From NCBI GenBank assembly GCA_964591515.1, contig CAZQBW010000001.1:36316-100315 (forward strand): DNA of 64,000 nt. Reading direction: 5' to 3'. This document shows, one piece after another, positions 30,693 to 41,249 of the stretch. The notes under the pieces are model-generated. The model made no database searches and was not told where the DNA came from. It saw only the letters and a program-made list of their open reading frames with translations. The stretch comes from an uncultured Clostridia bacterium. Its GTDB lineage: Bacteria > Acidobacteriota > Blastocatellia > UBA7656 > JADIYM01. Position 1 is the stretch's first letter. Each line of letters starts with the position of its first letter. A program made the translations under genes and the position numbers.

Positions 30693-30878
30693 CCGAGATA
30701 TCAGGCGACTCGATGCATTCGGTGTTGATTCTCGGGACGGATCGTCATTTGATGCGTGTGGACATTGCGATCGGGACCGAACCTCGATTCCCGCGCAGAA
30801 GTCCGTACCGCTGCCGGCACCCTGCTGGCTGAGCCGCTGACGACATCCGATACCGACCCGATCTCTGGAGGAACCGAA

Positions 30879-31367
30879 ATGCAACGAGCCCTGTCGTCCC
30901 TGTTGGTAGTCCTGCTTGCAGCGCTGAGTGTGAGCGCTCAGGACGTCGCGAAACCGAGTCAGGAAAGCCGCCCCGCCGATCCGCGGCCGGCCGTCACGGA
31001 ACTCAACCTCAACGTGAATCCGGACACACAGTTCTACAAGTTGTCGTCCGGGAGCCGCATGGAAAACAACGCCACGAGCAGCTGGACCCTGAACACGCTC
31101 GGATTCCGCGAGTTGCGCCTCGTGGTCTCCATGGGCGCAGATTCAAAGAAAGACAATCGGGCGACGGGATCGTCCCTGATGGTGAACATGTATGTGAACG
31201 AGGGCGATAACGAAGTGGAGATCGGCGAAATGGAAGTTCCGATCTCGGCCGGAAAGACCAGCGGTCGCGCCTTCGTCTGGAACGTCTTCAACAGCAAGAC
31301 GACGATTCGTGTGACGGCGAAGAACATTGCCGGATCGGCTACGGTGACGGCTTACGTGGTCAAGTAG
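30879..31367 (+). CDS. Small secreted hypothetical protein (162 aa)
   Basis: RBS GGAGG. Signal peptide MQRALSSLLVVLLAALSVSA. Confidence 0.5.
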   Translation: MQRALSSLLVVLLAALSVSAQDVAKPSQESRPADPRPAVTELNLNVNPDTQFYKLSSGSRMENNATSSWTLNTLGFRELRLVVSMGADSKKDNRATGSSLMVNMYVNEGDNEVEIGEMEVPISAGKTSGRAFVWNVFNSKTTIRVTAKNIAGSATVTAYVVK

Positions 31368-31395
31368 GAGTCTTCCAGTCTTCTCTCCGTTCCTT

Positions 31396-31470
31396 CGTGA
31401 CTCTGTGGCTCAGTGTGCGGAGCTCTTCGGGAATCCTGAAATCGCTTCGCACACAGAGCCAAAGAGTCGC
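31396..31470. repeat. CACAGAG-family palindromic element
   Basis: gtgactctgtggctcagtgtgcg ... cgcacacagagccaaagagtc. Confidence 0.5.
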
Positions 31471-31490
31471 CGAGATACGAAGGAGCAGTT

Positions 31491-33161
31491 TTGCACGGCA
31501 TCCAACCTGTCTCGTCCGCTGGGACCGAAGGCGCCTGCTTGCCGCAGGTCATTGAATACAGTAGAGTTGCGGACCTGATGTCGATCGCAGACGTTCATCC
31601 GGAGCCCGTTGACGCGGAGACGCTCGCCCGTTTGCGGGAGCGCTCCGACCGGTGCGAGCTTGCGCGTGAGCTTCCGATGCTCCTTACCGCCGACGCGCCG
31701 CCAGGGTCGTCCAGAATGGCAGTTCGATTCAAATCCGAAGCCGGAACGAGTCTCGCCGCATTCTGGAGTCCGGACTCTCCCCCAGTCGCAACGACCGTCC
31801 GCATCGGAATGGTGGCGCTCGACCGCGATGGCGAGCCGTCGCCGGCGACGGCCTCGGCACTTCGATCTGCCATTGCCTTCATCTTTCGAACTACGGCCGC
31901 GTGCAGGGTCGAACGCGTCGTTCACGCGGACGACGCGGTCGCGGTGCGCGCCTGCCGTCGCGCCGGATTCACGGACGAAGGCCGGCGCCGTCAGGCGATC
32001 CTCGTTGGCGGCCGTCCGGGCGACGCGAGGGCATTCTCGACGACAAGGGCTACGTTCGTTACCGGACCACCGCCGGAGATCCGGCGCATCGCGCTCGTAA
32101 CCGGTGGAGGCGACGCGCCAGGCCTGAACGCGGTGATAAGGGCGGTCGTCAAGACCGCGAACATAGACCGGAAGTGGGAGGTGGTCGGCGTGGAGGGAGG
32201 CTTCGACGGCCTGCTCGGCGAGCCACGCACGCGTCTCCTGACCCCGAACGACGTTGGCGGACTGCTTCCGCGCGGTGGCACCATCCTTGGCACATCGAAT
32301 CGCGGCAAGTTCAATCGAAAGCACATGCCGGATGGAACGGCGATAGTACCCGACCCGCCAGTCGACGAGGCTTCGGCCGCGCTTCGCAAACTCGGCGCAG
32401 ACGCGCTCATCGTCATCGGAGGCGACGGATCCCAGGCGATAGCGGAGGCATTTGCGCGCCGGGGCATCCGCGTCGTTGGCGTGCCCAAGACAATCGACAA
32501 CGACCTTGGCGGAACGGACGGCACGTTCGGGTTCAGCTCTGCAGTCGAAGTAGCGACCGACGCCATCGACCGCCTGCACACGACTGCCGAGAGCCACGGT
32601 CGCGTCATGGTTCTCGAGGTCATGGGACGAACGGCAGGTTGGATCGCCGTGCACGCCGCTATTGCCGGCGGCGCCGACGCATGTCTTATTCCCGAAATTC
32701 CCTTCGATCTTGGACGAGTTGCCGCTGCCGTCGATCGGCGCAGCAGGCTGGGACATCATTTCTCGATCGTTGTGGTCGCCGAGGGAGCAGCTCCCGTTGG
32801 TGGATCACCGTCTTACCAGGGTCGCGAGATCGAGGGGAAGCGCCGACGTCTGGGCGGCATTGGCGAGCACGTTGCCGCCGAGCTCGAGGTTGCGACGGGC
32901 AAGGAGTGCAGGACAGTCGTTCTCGGACACCTGCAGCGCGGCGGCACGCCTTCGGCCTTCGATCGTCTGCTGGCAACCGCATTTGGAACTGCGGCGGTTG
33001 CGGCGCTTGCCGAAGGGCGATCCGGGTGCGTCGTCGCGCTGAACGGAAACGACGTCGTGACCGTGCCAATTTCGGAGGTCGCGGGACGCGTCCGCCGTGT
33101 CTCGCTCGATGCTCCCCTGCTCGCGCTCGCCAGAGCGCTCGGCATAGAGCTCGGCGGTTGA
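31491..33161 (+). CDS. pfkA: ATP-dependent 6-phosphofructokinase with about 190-aa N-terminal GNAT-like acetyltransferase extension (or translationally fused genes)
   Basis: PFK motifs RIALVTGGGDAPGLNAVIRAVV, GGDGSQ, PKTIDNDL, MGRTAGWIA. No in-frame start codon found near the domain junction. Confidence 0.7.
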   Translation: MHGIQPVSSAGTEGACLPQVIEYSRVADLMSIADVHPEPVDAETLARLRERSDRCELARELPMLLTADAPPGSSRMAVRFKSEAGTSLAAFWSPDSPPVATTVRIGMVALDRDGEPSPATASALRSAIAFIFRTTAACRVERVVHADDAVAVRACRRAGFTDEGRRRQAILVGGRPGDARAFSTTRATFVTGPPPEIRRIALVTGGGDAPGLNAVIRAVVKTANIDRKWEVVGVEGGFDGLLGEPRTRLLTPNDVGGLLPRGGTILGTSNRGKFNRKHMPDGTAIVPDPPVDEASAALRKLGADALIVIGGDGSQAIAEAFARRGIRVVGVPKTIDNDLGGTDGTFGFSSAVEVATDAIDRLHTTAESHGRVMVLEVMGRTAGWIAVHAAIAGGADACLIPEIPFDLGRVAAAVDRRSRLGHHFSIVVVAEGAAPVGGSPSYQGREIEGKRRRLGGIGEHVAAELEVATGKECRTVVLGHLQRGGTPSAFDRLLATAFGTAAVAALAEGRSGCVVALNGNDVVTVPISEVAGRVRRVSLDAPLLALARALGIELGG

Positions 33162-33295
33162 CTCGCGTGCGGCTCGGGCGGCGTTCGAGGCGTTTTTCGC
33201 AGACACGGCAATCGCTCGCGACGCCGAGTCGATTTCAATAAGACTCGGCGCCGCGAGCGACAGCACGCGAACTCAGCGTTGACGTCGCCGAGGTT

Positions 33296-33907
33296 CTAGA
33301 ATCGAACTCGTTCGACCGTTGCGCCTTCGTACCAGGTCGGACAGTCTTCCGGCTTGGCGTACCTTGCGGCTTCGAAATCGATAAGACTGTAAACCGGCAA
33401 CGAGCTCGGAAGGTCGAACTTCGCGGTCGAGAGCCGCACCAGCACGGCAACGGCAAGAACCTCGCCGCCGGCGTTCGTGATGAGATCATAGACCTTCTTC
33501 ACGGCGTCGCCGGAACGCGCTATGTCGTCGACGATGACGCACTTCTGACCGGGCTTGATCTCGTTGTACTGGCGAAAGCGGAACTCGCCGGACTCCCGCT
33601 CTGTCCAGAAGATCTGCTCGGCGCGAAGGGCCTGTCGGACCTCGAACGCCACCGGAACACCGCCGGCTCCAGGCGCAACGATCGAGACGTTGGGCAGCGA
33701 GGAAATGAGCTCGCGCGACCGCCGCAGAATCCTGCTCAGGCTGACGCTGAGCCGGCGATTGTTGTCGGCATAGCGAAGCGACAGCGGGATCTGGAAATAG
33801 AAGGACGTGAAGTACCCGGCAGGATGCTCGAAGATGCCTTCGCGATAGGCTCCCGTCTTCTTGAGCACATCCATGACCTGGTCGTTGTCGAGGATCAGAG
33901 ACATCAT
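33296..33907 (-). CDS. Phosphoribosyltransferase-family protein
   Basis: PRPP-binding motif KCVIVDDIARSGDAV. Confidence 0.65.
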   Translation of the reverse strand: MMSLILDNDQVMDVLKKTGAYREGIFEHPAGYFTSFYFQIPLSLRYADNNRRLSVSLSRILRRSRELISSLPNVSIVAPGAGGVPVAFEVRQALRAEQIFWTERESGEFRFRQYNEIKPGQKCVIVDDIARSGDAVKKVYDLITNAGGEVLAVAVLVRLSTAKFDLPSSLPVYSLIDFEAARYAKPEDCPTWYEGATVERVRF

Positions 33908-34079
33908 CCGCCAGCCTCCAGAGCGTGAGGTATTGATTACGAAGTTCGGTGGTTATACCACAAGGGGCGCGCGGATCGAGGCCGAAGCGGCGCGGGCTCC
34001 GACGGGCGCACGGTGCCGATGCGCGGCAAGTGCGCCGCCGGCCGTGCCCTGACAGTAACCGGTGCATGCGGTATAAGGC

Positions 34080-35717
34080 TTGGCGATGGCGAACAAGTCA
34101 CGTCGCAATGCACCGAAAAGCCGGCGACCGAACGAGCCCGGCGAACAATCGATTCCATCTGACGCCGAGACCTCGACGGCTACCGTCCAGTCATCAGTAC
34201 AGCAGACTCGATGGCGACCTACTGTCTGGACCTGGTTGGCGATCACCGTCACAGTCGTGGGCACCGTGATTCGATTATGGGATCTCGGCGGCAAGAGCCT
34301 CTGGTTCGACGAAGCGCTCTCGATTGCGGATTCGAGGTCGCTCCAGTCCGGGTTCGGATCGGGATTTCATCCTCCGATCTTCTACTACCTTCTCCACGCA
34401 TGGCTTCCCTTCTCGGAGTCATCAGACTCACTGGTACGACTCGTTGCAGCGGTACCCGGCGCGCTGACGGTACTGGCTGTCTACCTCGCGGGTTGGCGGT
34501 TCTTCAACGAGCGAGCCGGAGTCCTCGCTGCCGCCGTACTCGCCGTCGCGTCACTCCACGTCGAGTACTCGCAGGAAGTTCGAATGTACGCACTCGCAGC
34601 GCTTCTCACGACGCTTGCGACCGTCGCTCTCGCGGAACTGATGCGCAGGTGGCCAACCGCATCGAACGGCACGAAATGGAGGCTGGCCATTTCGTACACG
34701 GTCCTGGCCTACTTCGCAATCGCGACACACTATCTGTCGGTGCTCCCGATCGCCGGCCAGGCACTTGCCCTTCTCCTTTGCTGGAAGCAGACACGCGAAG
34801 TCGTTATCAGACTCGCGGTTCTCCAGATTCCGGCAATGCTGGGTGCGACCGTAGCGATCTTCGGCCTTGGCTACGGACGAAGACTCGGAGTCGCCGCCGA
34901 CTTTCTCGTGAAGATGGGCGGCGTGAACCAGACCATATTCTCCGAGCCTGCGGCGCGACTGATCGCGCTCCCGAAAGACCTGCTGCTGCAGGTGCTGCCC
35001 GGGCCCTCGCTCAAGTGGCTCGTCATCGCCTGGTACCGGATTCCGGCAGTCGTCGGATTCGACCTGGTCGCCATCGGCGCGGCAGTCGCACTCTGGCGCT
35101 CCAACCTGGGGATACGCCCGGTTCGCCTTGTCGTAACTTTGGGCGCACTCCTCCCTCTTCCCATTACAGTTCTGATGGTTGGGCCGGATCAGCTCAGGTT
35201 TTACTTGAGCTGCGCGCCGATGCTTGCGCTCCTGATTGGGGCGGGACTTGATGTGATGCCACGCAAGTGGTTGACGGCATTTGGGTTGGCTGTAGTACTG
35301 ATCCCATCGATACTGGCGACATGGTGGTACTTTGCGCCGGGAATGGACAAGCAGCCATGGAGACGCGTTGGGACGCTCCTGAGTGAACAGTGCCGCCCCG
35401 GAGACATCATTCTCGTCAACGAACCGCACCAGACCATAGCCTTCGAGCGCTATTTCAATGAACGGAAAGGCGTTGAGGTGGAGGGGTATCCGGAGATCGG
35501 CGGCGTCCGGATCACGACTGACAACTTCGATCGGTGGTTCCTTCCCCTGGTCCGGAACCGTGAGCGTGTCTGGTTCATCCGCATGTCGGCAACTGCAAGC
35601 ACGTCCGATCCACAAGGACTTGGACTCTCATGGCTCAACGAAAACATGAAGTTGCGCACTAGGGTCAAGGAGCCCGGATACAACGGCGACGTCGAGGTGT
35701 TTCTGTTCGACCGTTAA
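34080..35717 (+). CDS. Membrane glycosyltransferase, GT39/ArnT-PMT-like (about 12 TM segments)
   Basis: RLWDLGGKSLWFDEA motif typical of GT-C ArnT/PMT_2. Multiple TM helices. Confidence 0.7.
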   Translation: MAMANKSRRNAPKSRRPNEPGEQSIPSDAETSTATVQSSVQQTRWRPTVWTWLAITVTVVGTVIRLWDLGGKSLWFDEALSIADSRSLQSGFGSGFHPPIFYYLLHAWLPFSESSDSLVRLVAAVPGALTVLAVYLAGWRFFNERAGVLAAAVLAVASLHVEYSQEVRMYALAALLTTLATVALAELMRRWPTASNGTKWRLAISYTVLAYFAIATHYLSVLPIAGQALALLLCWKQTREVVIRLAVLQIPAMLGATVAIFGLGYGRRLGVAADFLVKMGGVNQTIFSEPAARLIALPKDLLLQVLPGPSLKWLVIAWYRIPAVVGFDLVAIGAAVALWRSNLGIRPVRLVVTLGALLPLPITVLMVGPDQLRFYLSCAPMLALLIGAGLDVMPRKWLTAFGLAVVLIPSILATWWYFAPGMDKQPWRRVGTLLSEQCRPGDIILVNEPHQTIAFERYFNERKGVEVEGYPEIGGVRITTDNFDRWFLPLVRNRERVWFIRMSATASTSDPQGLGLSWLNENMKLRTRVKEPGYNGDVEVFLFDR

Positions 35718-35780
35718 GCCGGCAACTTGCTCATTGGGCGAGCCGAACTACGGTCGGACGAGAACCCAGGTCGTGCGAAC

Positions 35781-35842
35781 AAAAAAAGAGCCGTAGCCCG
35801 GCGTGAATTCCTGAGGAGTTCGTGGAGTGCGCCGGGCTACGG
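35781..35842 (-). terminator. Perfect 14-bp inverted repeat (gccgtagcccggcg/cgccgggctacggc) followed on the minus strand by T7; probable intrinsic terminator of the kinase-regulator operon
   Basis: Read in sequence. aaaaaaag precedes it on the plus strand. Confidence 0.45.
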
Positions 35843-36023
35843 CATTCGCCCCTGTAAGTTCACCTGTCTCTAAGGCAACTTCAGTGCCAAGACGGGGCGA
35901 TTCGGTGCAATTCCCGGCAACCTATTGATTACAGGATACCGTGCGTCAATAGCACAGGCACGGCAATCCTGCGGTAGCCATTACCATTGGACTCAAATGT
36001 CCGGTTAGATTGGGCACGATCGG

Positions 36024-37427
36024 TCATTTTGACATCTCGTACTCACGGAGTTTCCGGTAGAGCGTCTTCGTCGCGATTCCGAGCGCCCTCGCAGTGCGGT
36101 CTCGATGGCCTTCGAATCGCTGGAGCATAGCCTCGATGTGCCGCCGCTCGACCTCCGCGAGCGTCGCCGCTTCGGAAGGGTCTGTCGGACTCGCCTGGCC
36201 GGCTGCGGATTCACCTCCCGGTCTTCCCGCAACAAGGATTCTTCCGGGCAGATCGCGAACCCGAAGCACGTTTCCGTCCGACAGGATGACGGCGCTCTCG
36301 ATGGCGTTCCTCAACTCGCGGACGTTGCCAGGCCATTCATACTCCGAGAGCGCCGCAACCGCAGCCGGCTCGATTGCCGTGACGCGGCACCCGGTCTCGA
36401 GCGCCGCCCGCCGCATGAAGTGCTCTGCCAGCAACGGCACGTCGTCTCTCCGCTCCCGAAGTGACGGCACCTCGAGCGTCACAACTGCGAGTCGAAAAAA
36501 CAGATCGCGCCGAAAGCCGCCACCCTCGATCAGCGATTCCAGCGGCCGGTTCGAGGCGGCTACAACCCGAACGTTTGCAGTAAGTTGAGACACACCGCCG
36601 AGCCTCCGGAACCTGCCGGTCTCGAGGAACCGCAGCAGCTTCACCTGCGACGCGTGAGGCATTTCCGAGACTTCGTCCAGAAAAAGCGTGCCGCCGTCCG
36701 CCGCCTCGACAAGCCCCGACTTTCGACCGGCAGCACCCGTGAACGCTCCCTTCTCATGGCCAAAGAACTCGCTCTCGAAGAGCGTCTCCGGAAGCGCGCC
36801 GCAGTTCACGTCGACGAACGCCTTGTCGGCGCGCCGACTTTTCCTGTGGACGAGCTGTGCAGCGAGCTCCTTGCCGGTGCCCGATTCGCCGAGGAGAAGG
36901 ACATTTGCATCTGTCGGAGCGATCCTGGCGATTCGAACTTCGAGGTCGTGCATCGGGCGACTGCGGCCAATGAGCTCGATCTCGCCTTCCCGGTGCCGCA
37001 GGATCGTGCGAAGCGCCGTGTTCTCGCGCAACAGCTCGCGACGCTCGAGCGCGCGCTCGATGACGGCACGCATCTCGTCAATGTCGCACGGCTTTGTCAG
37101 GTAGTCGTACGCACCTAGCTTCATGGCCTCGATCGCCGTGTCGATCGTCCCGTGCCCCGTTAGCATTACGACCTGTGGACCAAATTCGCCAGTCGCGGCA
37201 ATTCGGCGCAGCACCTCGATTCCACCGAGCCCCGGGAGCCTGATGTCGAGCAGGACGACTGCCGGCGCCGTCGCCTCGACTGCAGCGATGGCAGCGTTTC
37301 CGTCTCCCACGCCTTCGACAGGAAATCCGAAGTCTCCGAGCTCGGCAACGAGGAATCGCCGATAGGCGTCGTCGTCCTCGACCACGAGAAGTCGCGCACG
37401 CTCGGTTCGTTCGGCCGCCTTCGCCAT
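36024..37427 (-). CDS. Sigma-54-dependent response regulator (NtrC family)
   Basis: REC domain. GESGTGKE, GAFTGA. C-terminal Fis-type HTH. Confidence 0.9.
   Translation of the reverse strand: MAKAAERTERARLLVVEDDDAYRRFLVAELGDFGFPVEGVGDGNAAIAAVEATAPAVVLLDIRLPGLGGIEVLRRIAATGEFGPQVVMLTGHGTIDTAIEAMKLGAYDYLTKPCDIDEMRAVIERALERRELLRENTALRTILRHREGEIELIGRSRPMHDLEVRIARIAPTDANVLLLGESGTGKELAAQLVHRKSRRADKAFVDVNCGALPETLFESEFFGHEKGAFTGAAGRKSGLVEAADGGTLFLDEVSEMPHASQVKLLRFLETGRFRRLGGVSQLTANVRVVAASNRPLESLIEGGGFRRDLFFRLAVVTLEVPSLRERRDDVPLLAEHFMRRAALETGCRVTAIEPAAVAALSEYEWPGNVRELRNAIESAVILSDGNVLRVRDLPGRILVAGRPGGESAAGQASPTDPSEAATLAEVERRHIEAMLQRFEGHRDRTARALGIATKTLYRKLREYEMSK
36824..36839. repeat. TGTCGGCGCGCCGACT, 15/16 copy of the palindrome family; inside the sigma-54 regulator CDS
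   Basis: Read in sequence. Confidence 0.7.
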
Positions 37428-40232
37428 TTACGTGGCCTCCTCGGACACTCGGCTTCGCGGGAGCACGAGCGTGAACGTGGCTCCTTTCCCGAGCGTGCTA
37501 ACCGCATCGAGACGGCCACCCAGACGCGAGACGAGGCTCCTGGAGATCGACAATCCGAGGCCCGTTCCTCGCCCCGGCTGCTTGGTAGTGAAGAACGGAT
37601 CGAAAATCCGCTCGAGATCCACGGCCGAAATGCCGGGCCCCGTGTCCTTGACGATTACCCGCGCCCCACGCGCCAGATGGCGAATCTCGATGGAGAGTCG
37701 TCCTCGCGGTCTCGACTCGATGGCATCCAGTCCGTTAGCGATGAGGTTGATCAAGACCTGTGAGACCAGGTCGGGATCCGTATGGAGCGGCATCGCAGTT
37801 CCGGACTCCCGGAGCCGAACCCGCTCGGTATTCCGCTCGCGAGCCACGACGGCAATGGCTCCGGACGCGATGCTCGCAATGTCGCACTCCTGGATCCTCG
37901 GGCGCGTAGGGGCTGCAAAATCCAGCAGATCTCTCGTGATGCGCTTGCAGCGAAACGACTGTTCAACGATAGCGTCTATCCGTTCGCGGATCGACGGCCA
38001 CCGGTCCGAGTTGCGCAACTCCTCGAGCGACGAAAGCTGACGGTCGAGCGACTGCGCCGAACCGGCGATCGTAGCCAAGGGCGTATTTATCTCGTGCGCC
38101 ACTCCGGTTGCGAGCTGCCCTATCGAGGCCATCTTGGAAGACTGGGCGAGGTTCTCGGCGATGGTCCTTTCGTTCGTCACATCCCGAATGGACAGGATGA
38201 ACGAAGGATTCGACGCTGTCTCGAGACGCGACACTGAAAGGGCAAGCCAGCGTCCGAGCGCCGCGTCCTCCACTTCGATCTGGACCGGCCTCCGGCCCGA
38301 ATCGACCCTGGACAAGGCCTCGACGATCGCCGTTCCGGTTTCTTCCGAAACCAGACTAGTAAGGGGCTGACCGACCATCGCGGACGGCTTCGATCGAACC
38401 ATTGCGGCGAATGCGCGATTCGATCGGATCACGAAACTGGATGCGTCAACGACCACGACACCGTCGGGCAACGAGTCGAAAGCGCCTTCCCAGACCCGCT
38501 TGGCATCCGACACGGCCCCCAGCAGCGACGACGCACCGATCGCGAGTCCGACGTGCACGGCGACGGCGTCGAGCAACGCTCTCGTGTCGGGGTCGACCCT
38601 GGCCGTGCGCAAGTGGACCGCAAGAACACCGTCTACCCCATGCCGAGCCGAGAAGAACGACATCGAGAAGGAAGAATCGGCGTCGGTCGGCTCGCCATCC
38701 AGCGCCAGCCGGGCCCGAGCATCGAGACCGGACGATGCCGGGTCGGCTGAGACAATAGCGCCCTCGCCCGTCAGCTTCCAGCACCACGACTGGTAGCGAT
38801 CCGGCTCCGGCCCCCGGCACAGGACCGACACTTCGTCCGATTCCGTTGCGGTCATCAGAAGGTCCGCAACACTAGAAAGCGCCTCCTCACGCGAGGCGGC
38901 CGAGTGAACGGCCACGGCGAGGCGGGCAACCGTGGATTCGTGCTCGACTTGCCTGCGCGCATTCTCGTGAATCTCCCAATGACCAATGGAAAGGCCTACT
39001 TGCGAGGCTATCGAGACGGCGAGCTCGACGTCTCCCTCCGTCCAGGACCGTGCACGATCCGATTGAAGGACGGCAAGCACACCACGAGGCTCGCGACGGA
39101 CAGCGATTGGGGCGACTATGGCCGATGCGGCGCCCGATCGACCGAGCGGGCCGGAATCGGAGCTCGTCAACATGGCACTCGATTGCTCGATCACGACGGG
39201 CTGCAGTGAACGCAGGGCCTCGCTCGTCGCCGGCAGCAGGTCGAACGTCGCCGCAAGCCCTTTCGAGAATTCCTGCGACGCGCGCACGTGCTCGTGCGCG
39301 ATCGTGACATCGCCCATCGGATCGACGAACGCGATCTGGCAGCAGCTCGCACCTAGAAGGCGACCCGTTTCGGCAACTGCCGTCTCGAGGACCGTCTCGA
39401 GGTCGAAGGACTGGTGCAGGAGGCTCGCCGTCTGTTGCACGAGCCGCGAGCGACGGGCGACCTCCTCCGCCTGGGCAGCCTGCCGTCTGAGTTCCGCTTC
39501 TGCCTTGCGGCGCAAGGTAGCGTCCGAGAGCCGAATTATGGCGTCGCACGTCGTGAATCCGCCCGCAATCATTTCCGCTTCAACGAGATGGCGGCCGAGT
39601 TCGAACTCGAAACTCTCGCGAAACGGGGCGTCGATGATCGAGCCCATCCAGGACTGATATTGCTGAAACACCTGGCGAGCGCCCGGTCCGGCGGCAACGT
39701 CTATAAAGAAGTTCCGGCCGATGAGTCCGCTAGGAAACAGCAATTCGATCGGCAGGAAGTGGTTGTGGTCGAGGATTCGGCCGCTCGTGTCGACCTCCAC
39801 CACGCCGAGTCCGAGCGCATCGAGAAGCGTCCGGCGCTCACGTCCAGAGTTTGCAAGGGTTCGCGCGAGCAGCCGGACTCTCGACACGTCCTCTAGAACG
39901 ATCAGGCAGGCAGTGCAGCCGCTAAGGTCGAGGCGATGTGCTCGGGCACGAACTTCAGCCGATGTCCCGTCGATGCGTTCAAAGTACAGGTCGACCGGCT
40001 CGTCGGAGGTCTGCGCCAGCCAGACTGCCCGCTCGACCGCGCGCTCACCGTCCAGGGTGAACAGCGACTCGAGCGCGACCCCGACGAGCGAGCCTCCGTA
40101 GAGGACTTCAGCATGATCATTGGCAGCGACGACACGCCAGCTTACGTCGTCGGCGACCACGAACGGCACCGGAACGATCGTGGCGAGCGCTTCGCCGATC
40201 GAGGCCATCACGGAGACGCCGAGCGCGCTCAT
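37428..40232 (-). CDS. Multidomain sensor histidine kinase (multiple GAF/PAS, HisKA, HATPase_c)
   Basis: HEINTPLATI (H-box), GTGLGLSISRSLV (G2 box). 934 aa. Directly abuts the regulator gene. Confidence 0.85.
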   Translation of the reverse strand: MSALGVSVMASIGEALATIVPVPFVVADDVSWRVVAANDHAEVLYGGSLVGVALESLFTLDGERAVERAVWLAQTSDEPVDLYFERIDGTSAEVRARAHRLDLSGCTACLIVLEDVSRVRLLARTLANSGRERRTLLDALGLGVVEVDTSGRILDHNHFLPIELLFPSGLIGRNFFIDVAAGPGARQVFQQYQSWMGSIIDAPFRESFEFELGRHLVEAEMIAGGFTTCDAIIRLSDATLRRKAEAELRRQAAQAEEVARRSRLVQQTASLLHQSFDLETVLETAVAETGRLLGASCCQIAFVDPMGDVTIAHEHVRASQEFSKGLAATFDLLPATSEALRSLQPVVIEQSSAMLTSSDSGPLGRSGAASAIVAPIAVRREPRGVLAVLQSDRARSWTEGDVELAVSIASQVGLSIGHWEIHENARRQVEHESTVARLAVAVHSAASREEALSSVADLLMTATESDEVSVLCRGPEPDRYQSWCWKLTGEGAIVSADPASSGLDARARLALDGEPTDADSSFSMSFFSARHGVDGVLAVHLRTARVDPDTRALLDAVAVHVGLAIGASSLLGAVSDAKRVWEGAFDSLPDGVVVVDASSFVIRSNRAFAAMVRSKPSAMVGQPLTSLVSEETGTAIVEALSRVDSGRRPVQIEVEDAALGRWLALSVSRLETASNPSFILSIRDVTNERTIAENLAQSSKMASIGQLATGVAHEINTPLATIAGSAQSLDRQLSSLEELRNSDRWPSIRERIDAIVEQSFRCKRITRDLLDFAAPTRPRIQECDIASIASGAIAVVARERNTERVRLRESGTAMPLHTDPDLVSQVLINLIANGLDAIESRPRGRLSIEIRHLARGARVIVKDTGPGISAVDLERIFDPFFTTKQPGRGTGLGLSISRSLVSRLGGRLDAVSTLGKGATFTLVLPRSRVSEEAT

Positions 40233-40238
40233 CGGAGG

Positions 40239-41120
40239 CTAAGCTCGAGGATGGAACTTGCGGTACGCCTCGCGCAGCCGTTCGTTCGTGACGTGGGTGT
40301 AGATCTGGGTCGTGGAGATGTCGCTGTGGCCGAGCATCATCTGGACCGACCGCAAATCTGCACCGTGTTCGAGCAGGTGCGTTGCGAATGTATGACGGAG
40401 CATGTGAGGTGTCACGCGGCCGAGCTTGGCCCGCTCGCCATATTCGACAAGGCGCTTCCAGTAGATCTGCCGCGTAACGGGCGTACCTCGCGACGTCACG
40501 AAGAGGCTGTCGCCATTTCTGTCTCCGGCCATGCGCCTTCGAGCTGGCAGGTAACGGCGGATGGCCTCGATGGCACCACTCCCGACCGGAACACGGCGTT
40601 CCTTCGAGCCCTTCCCCAGACACGTGACGAGTCCGGCGTCGATGTCGACGTCCGAAAGCTTCAACGTGACCATCTCAGACACACGCAGTCCCGACGAATA
40701 CAGGAGCTCGGTCATCGCCCGATCGCGAAGCCCCTCGTCAGTCGTGACATCGGGCTCTTCCATCAATTGGTCGACCTCTTCCCGGGTGAGGAATTTCGGC
40801 AACGTCTGCCAGCTGCGGGGAGTCTCGATATTCACCGTCGGATCGTGATGAATATGTCCGTCGAGGATGAGAAACTTGTAGAGGTTTCGGACTGTAACCA
40901 TTGTGCGCGCACAGGATTGGGGCTCCAGTCCCGATTCCCTCAAGTGACGGATGAAGGAAAGCAGATCGGCGCGCTCGATTGTCAGGATCTCACGCCCGCA
41001 CGACGCAGCATAGCTCACGAGCTTTCGAAGGTCTCGCTCGTAAGCCTCCATCGTATTTGACGAAAGTCCCTTCTCGACGCGAAGGTATCGGAGGAATTCC
41101 TGGCAGAGGTCGCGCGGCAT
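40239..41120 (-). CDS. xerD: Tyrosine site-specific recombinase XerD
   Basis: C-terminus LRHTFATHLLEHGADLRSVQMMLGHSDISTTQIYTHV...HPRA closely resembles XerD. Start at internal ATG. Confidence 0.8.
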   Translation of the reverse strand: MPRDLCQEFLRYLRVEKGLSSNTMEAYERDLRKLVSYAASCGREILTIERADLLSFIRHLRESGLEPQSCARTMVTVRNLYKFLILDGHIHHDPTVNIETPRSWQTLPKFLTREEVDQLMEEPDVTTDEGLRDRAMTELLYSSGLRVSEMVTLKLSDVDIDAGLVTCLGKGSKERRVPVGSGAIEAIRRYLPARRRMAGDRNGDSLFVTSRGTPVTRQIYWKRLVEYGERAKLGRVTPHMLRHTFATHLLEHGADLRSVQMMLGHSDISTTQIYTHVTNERLREAYRKFHPRA

Positions 41121-41249
41121 CGCCTCGGGTGGCTCCTTGTCTCGGTCCGGAAACGGCGTTAGTCTTGCGACGCGTCGCGCCGGTGAATCTGACCGGCGCC
41201 AAACCATTGCGTTATCAGACGATATGTTCGTTTCGGGGAGACGTCAAGA

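Noticed and set aside
28880-30832. 650-aa alternative-frame ORF inside the FtsX permease gene
   Set aside because: Extremely Arg-rich, with no domain-like segments. High-GC frame artefact.
31410-32759. 449-aa minus-strand ORF antisense to the GNAT-PFK gene
   Set aside because: No motifs. PFK motifs on the plus strand are unambiguous.
34551-35615. 354-aa minus-strand ORF antisense to the GT39 membrane glycosyltransferase
   Set aside because: Antisense artefact. The plus-strand product has about 12 TM helices and GT-C motifs.
39936-41060. 374-aa plus-strand ORF antisense to the histidine kinase and xerD
   Set aside because: Spans two real minus-strand genes. Junk composition.
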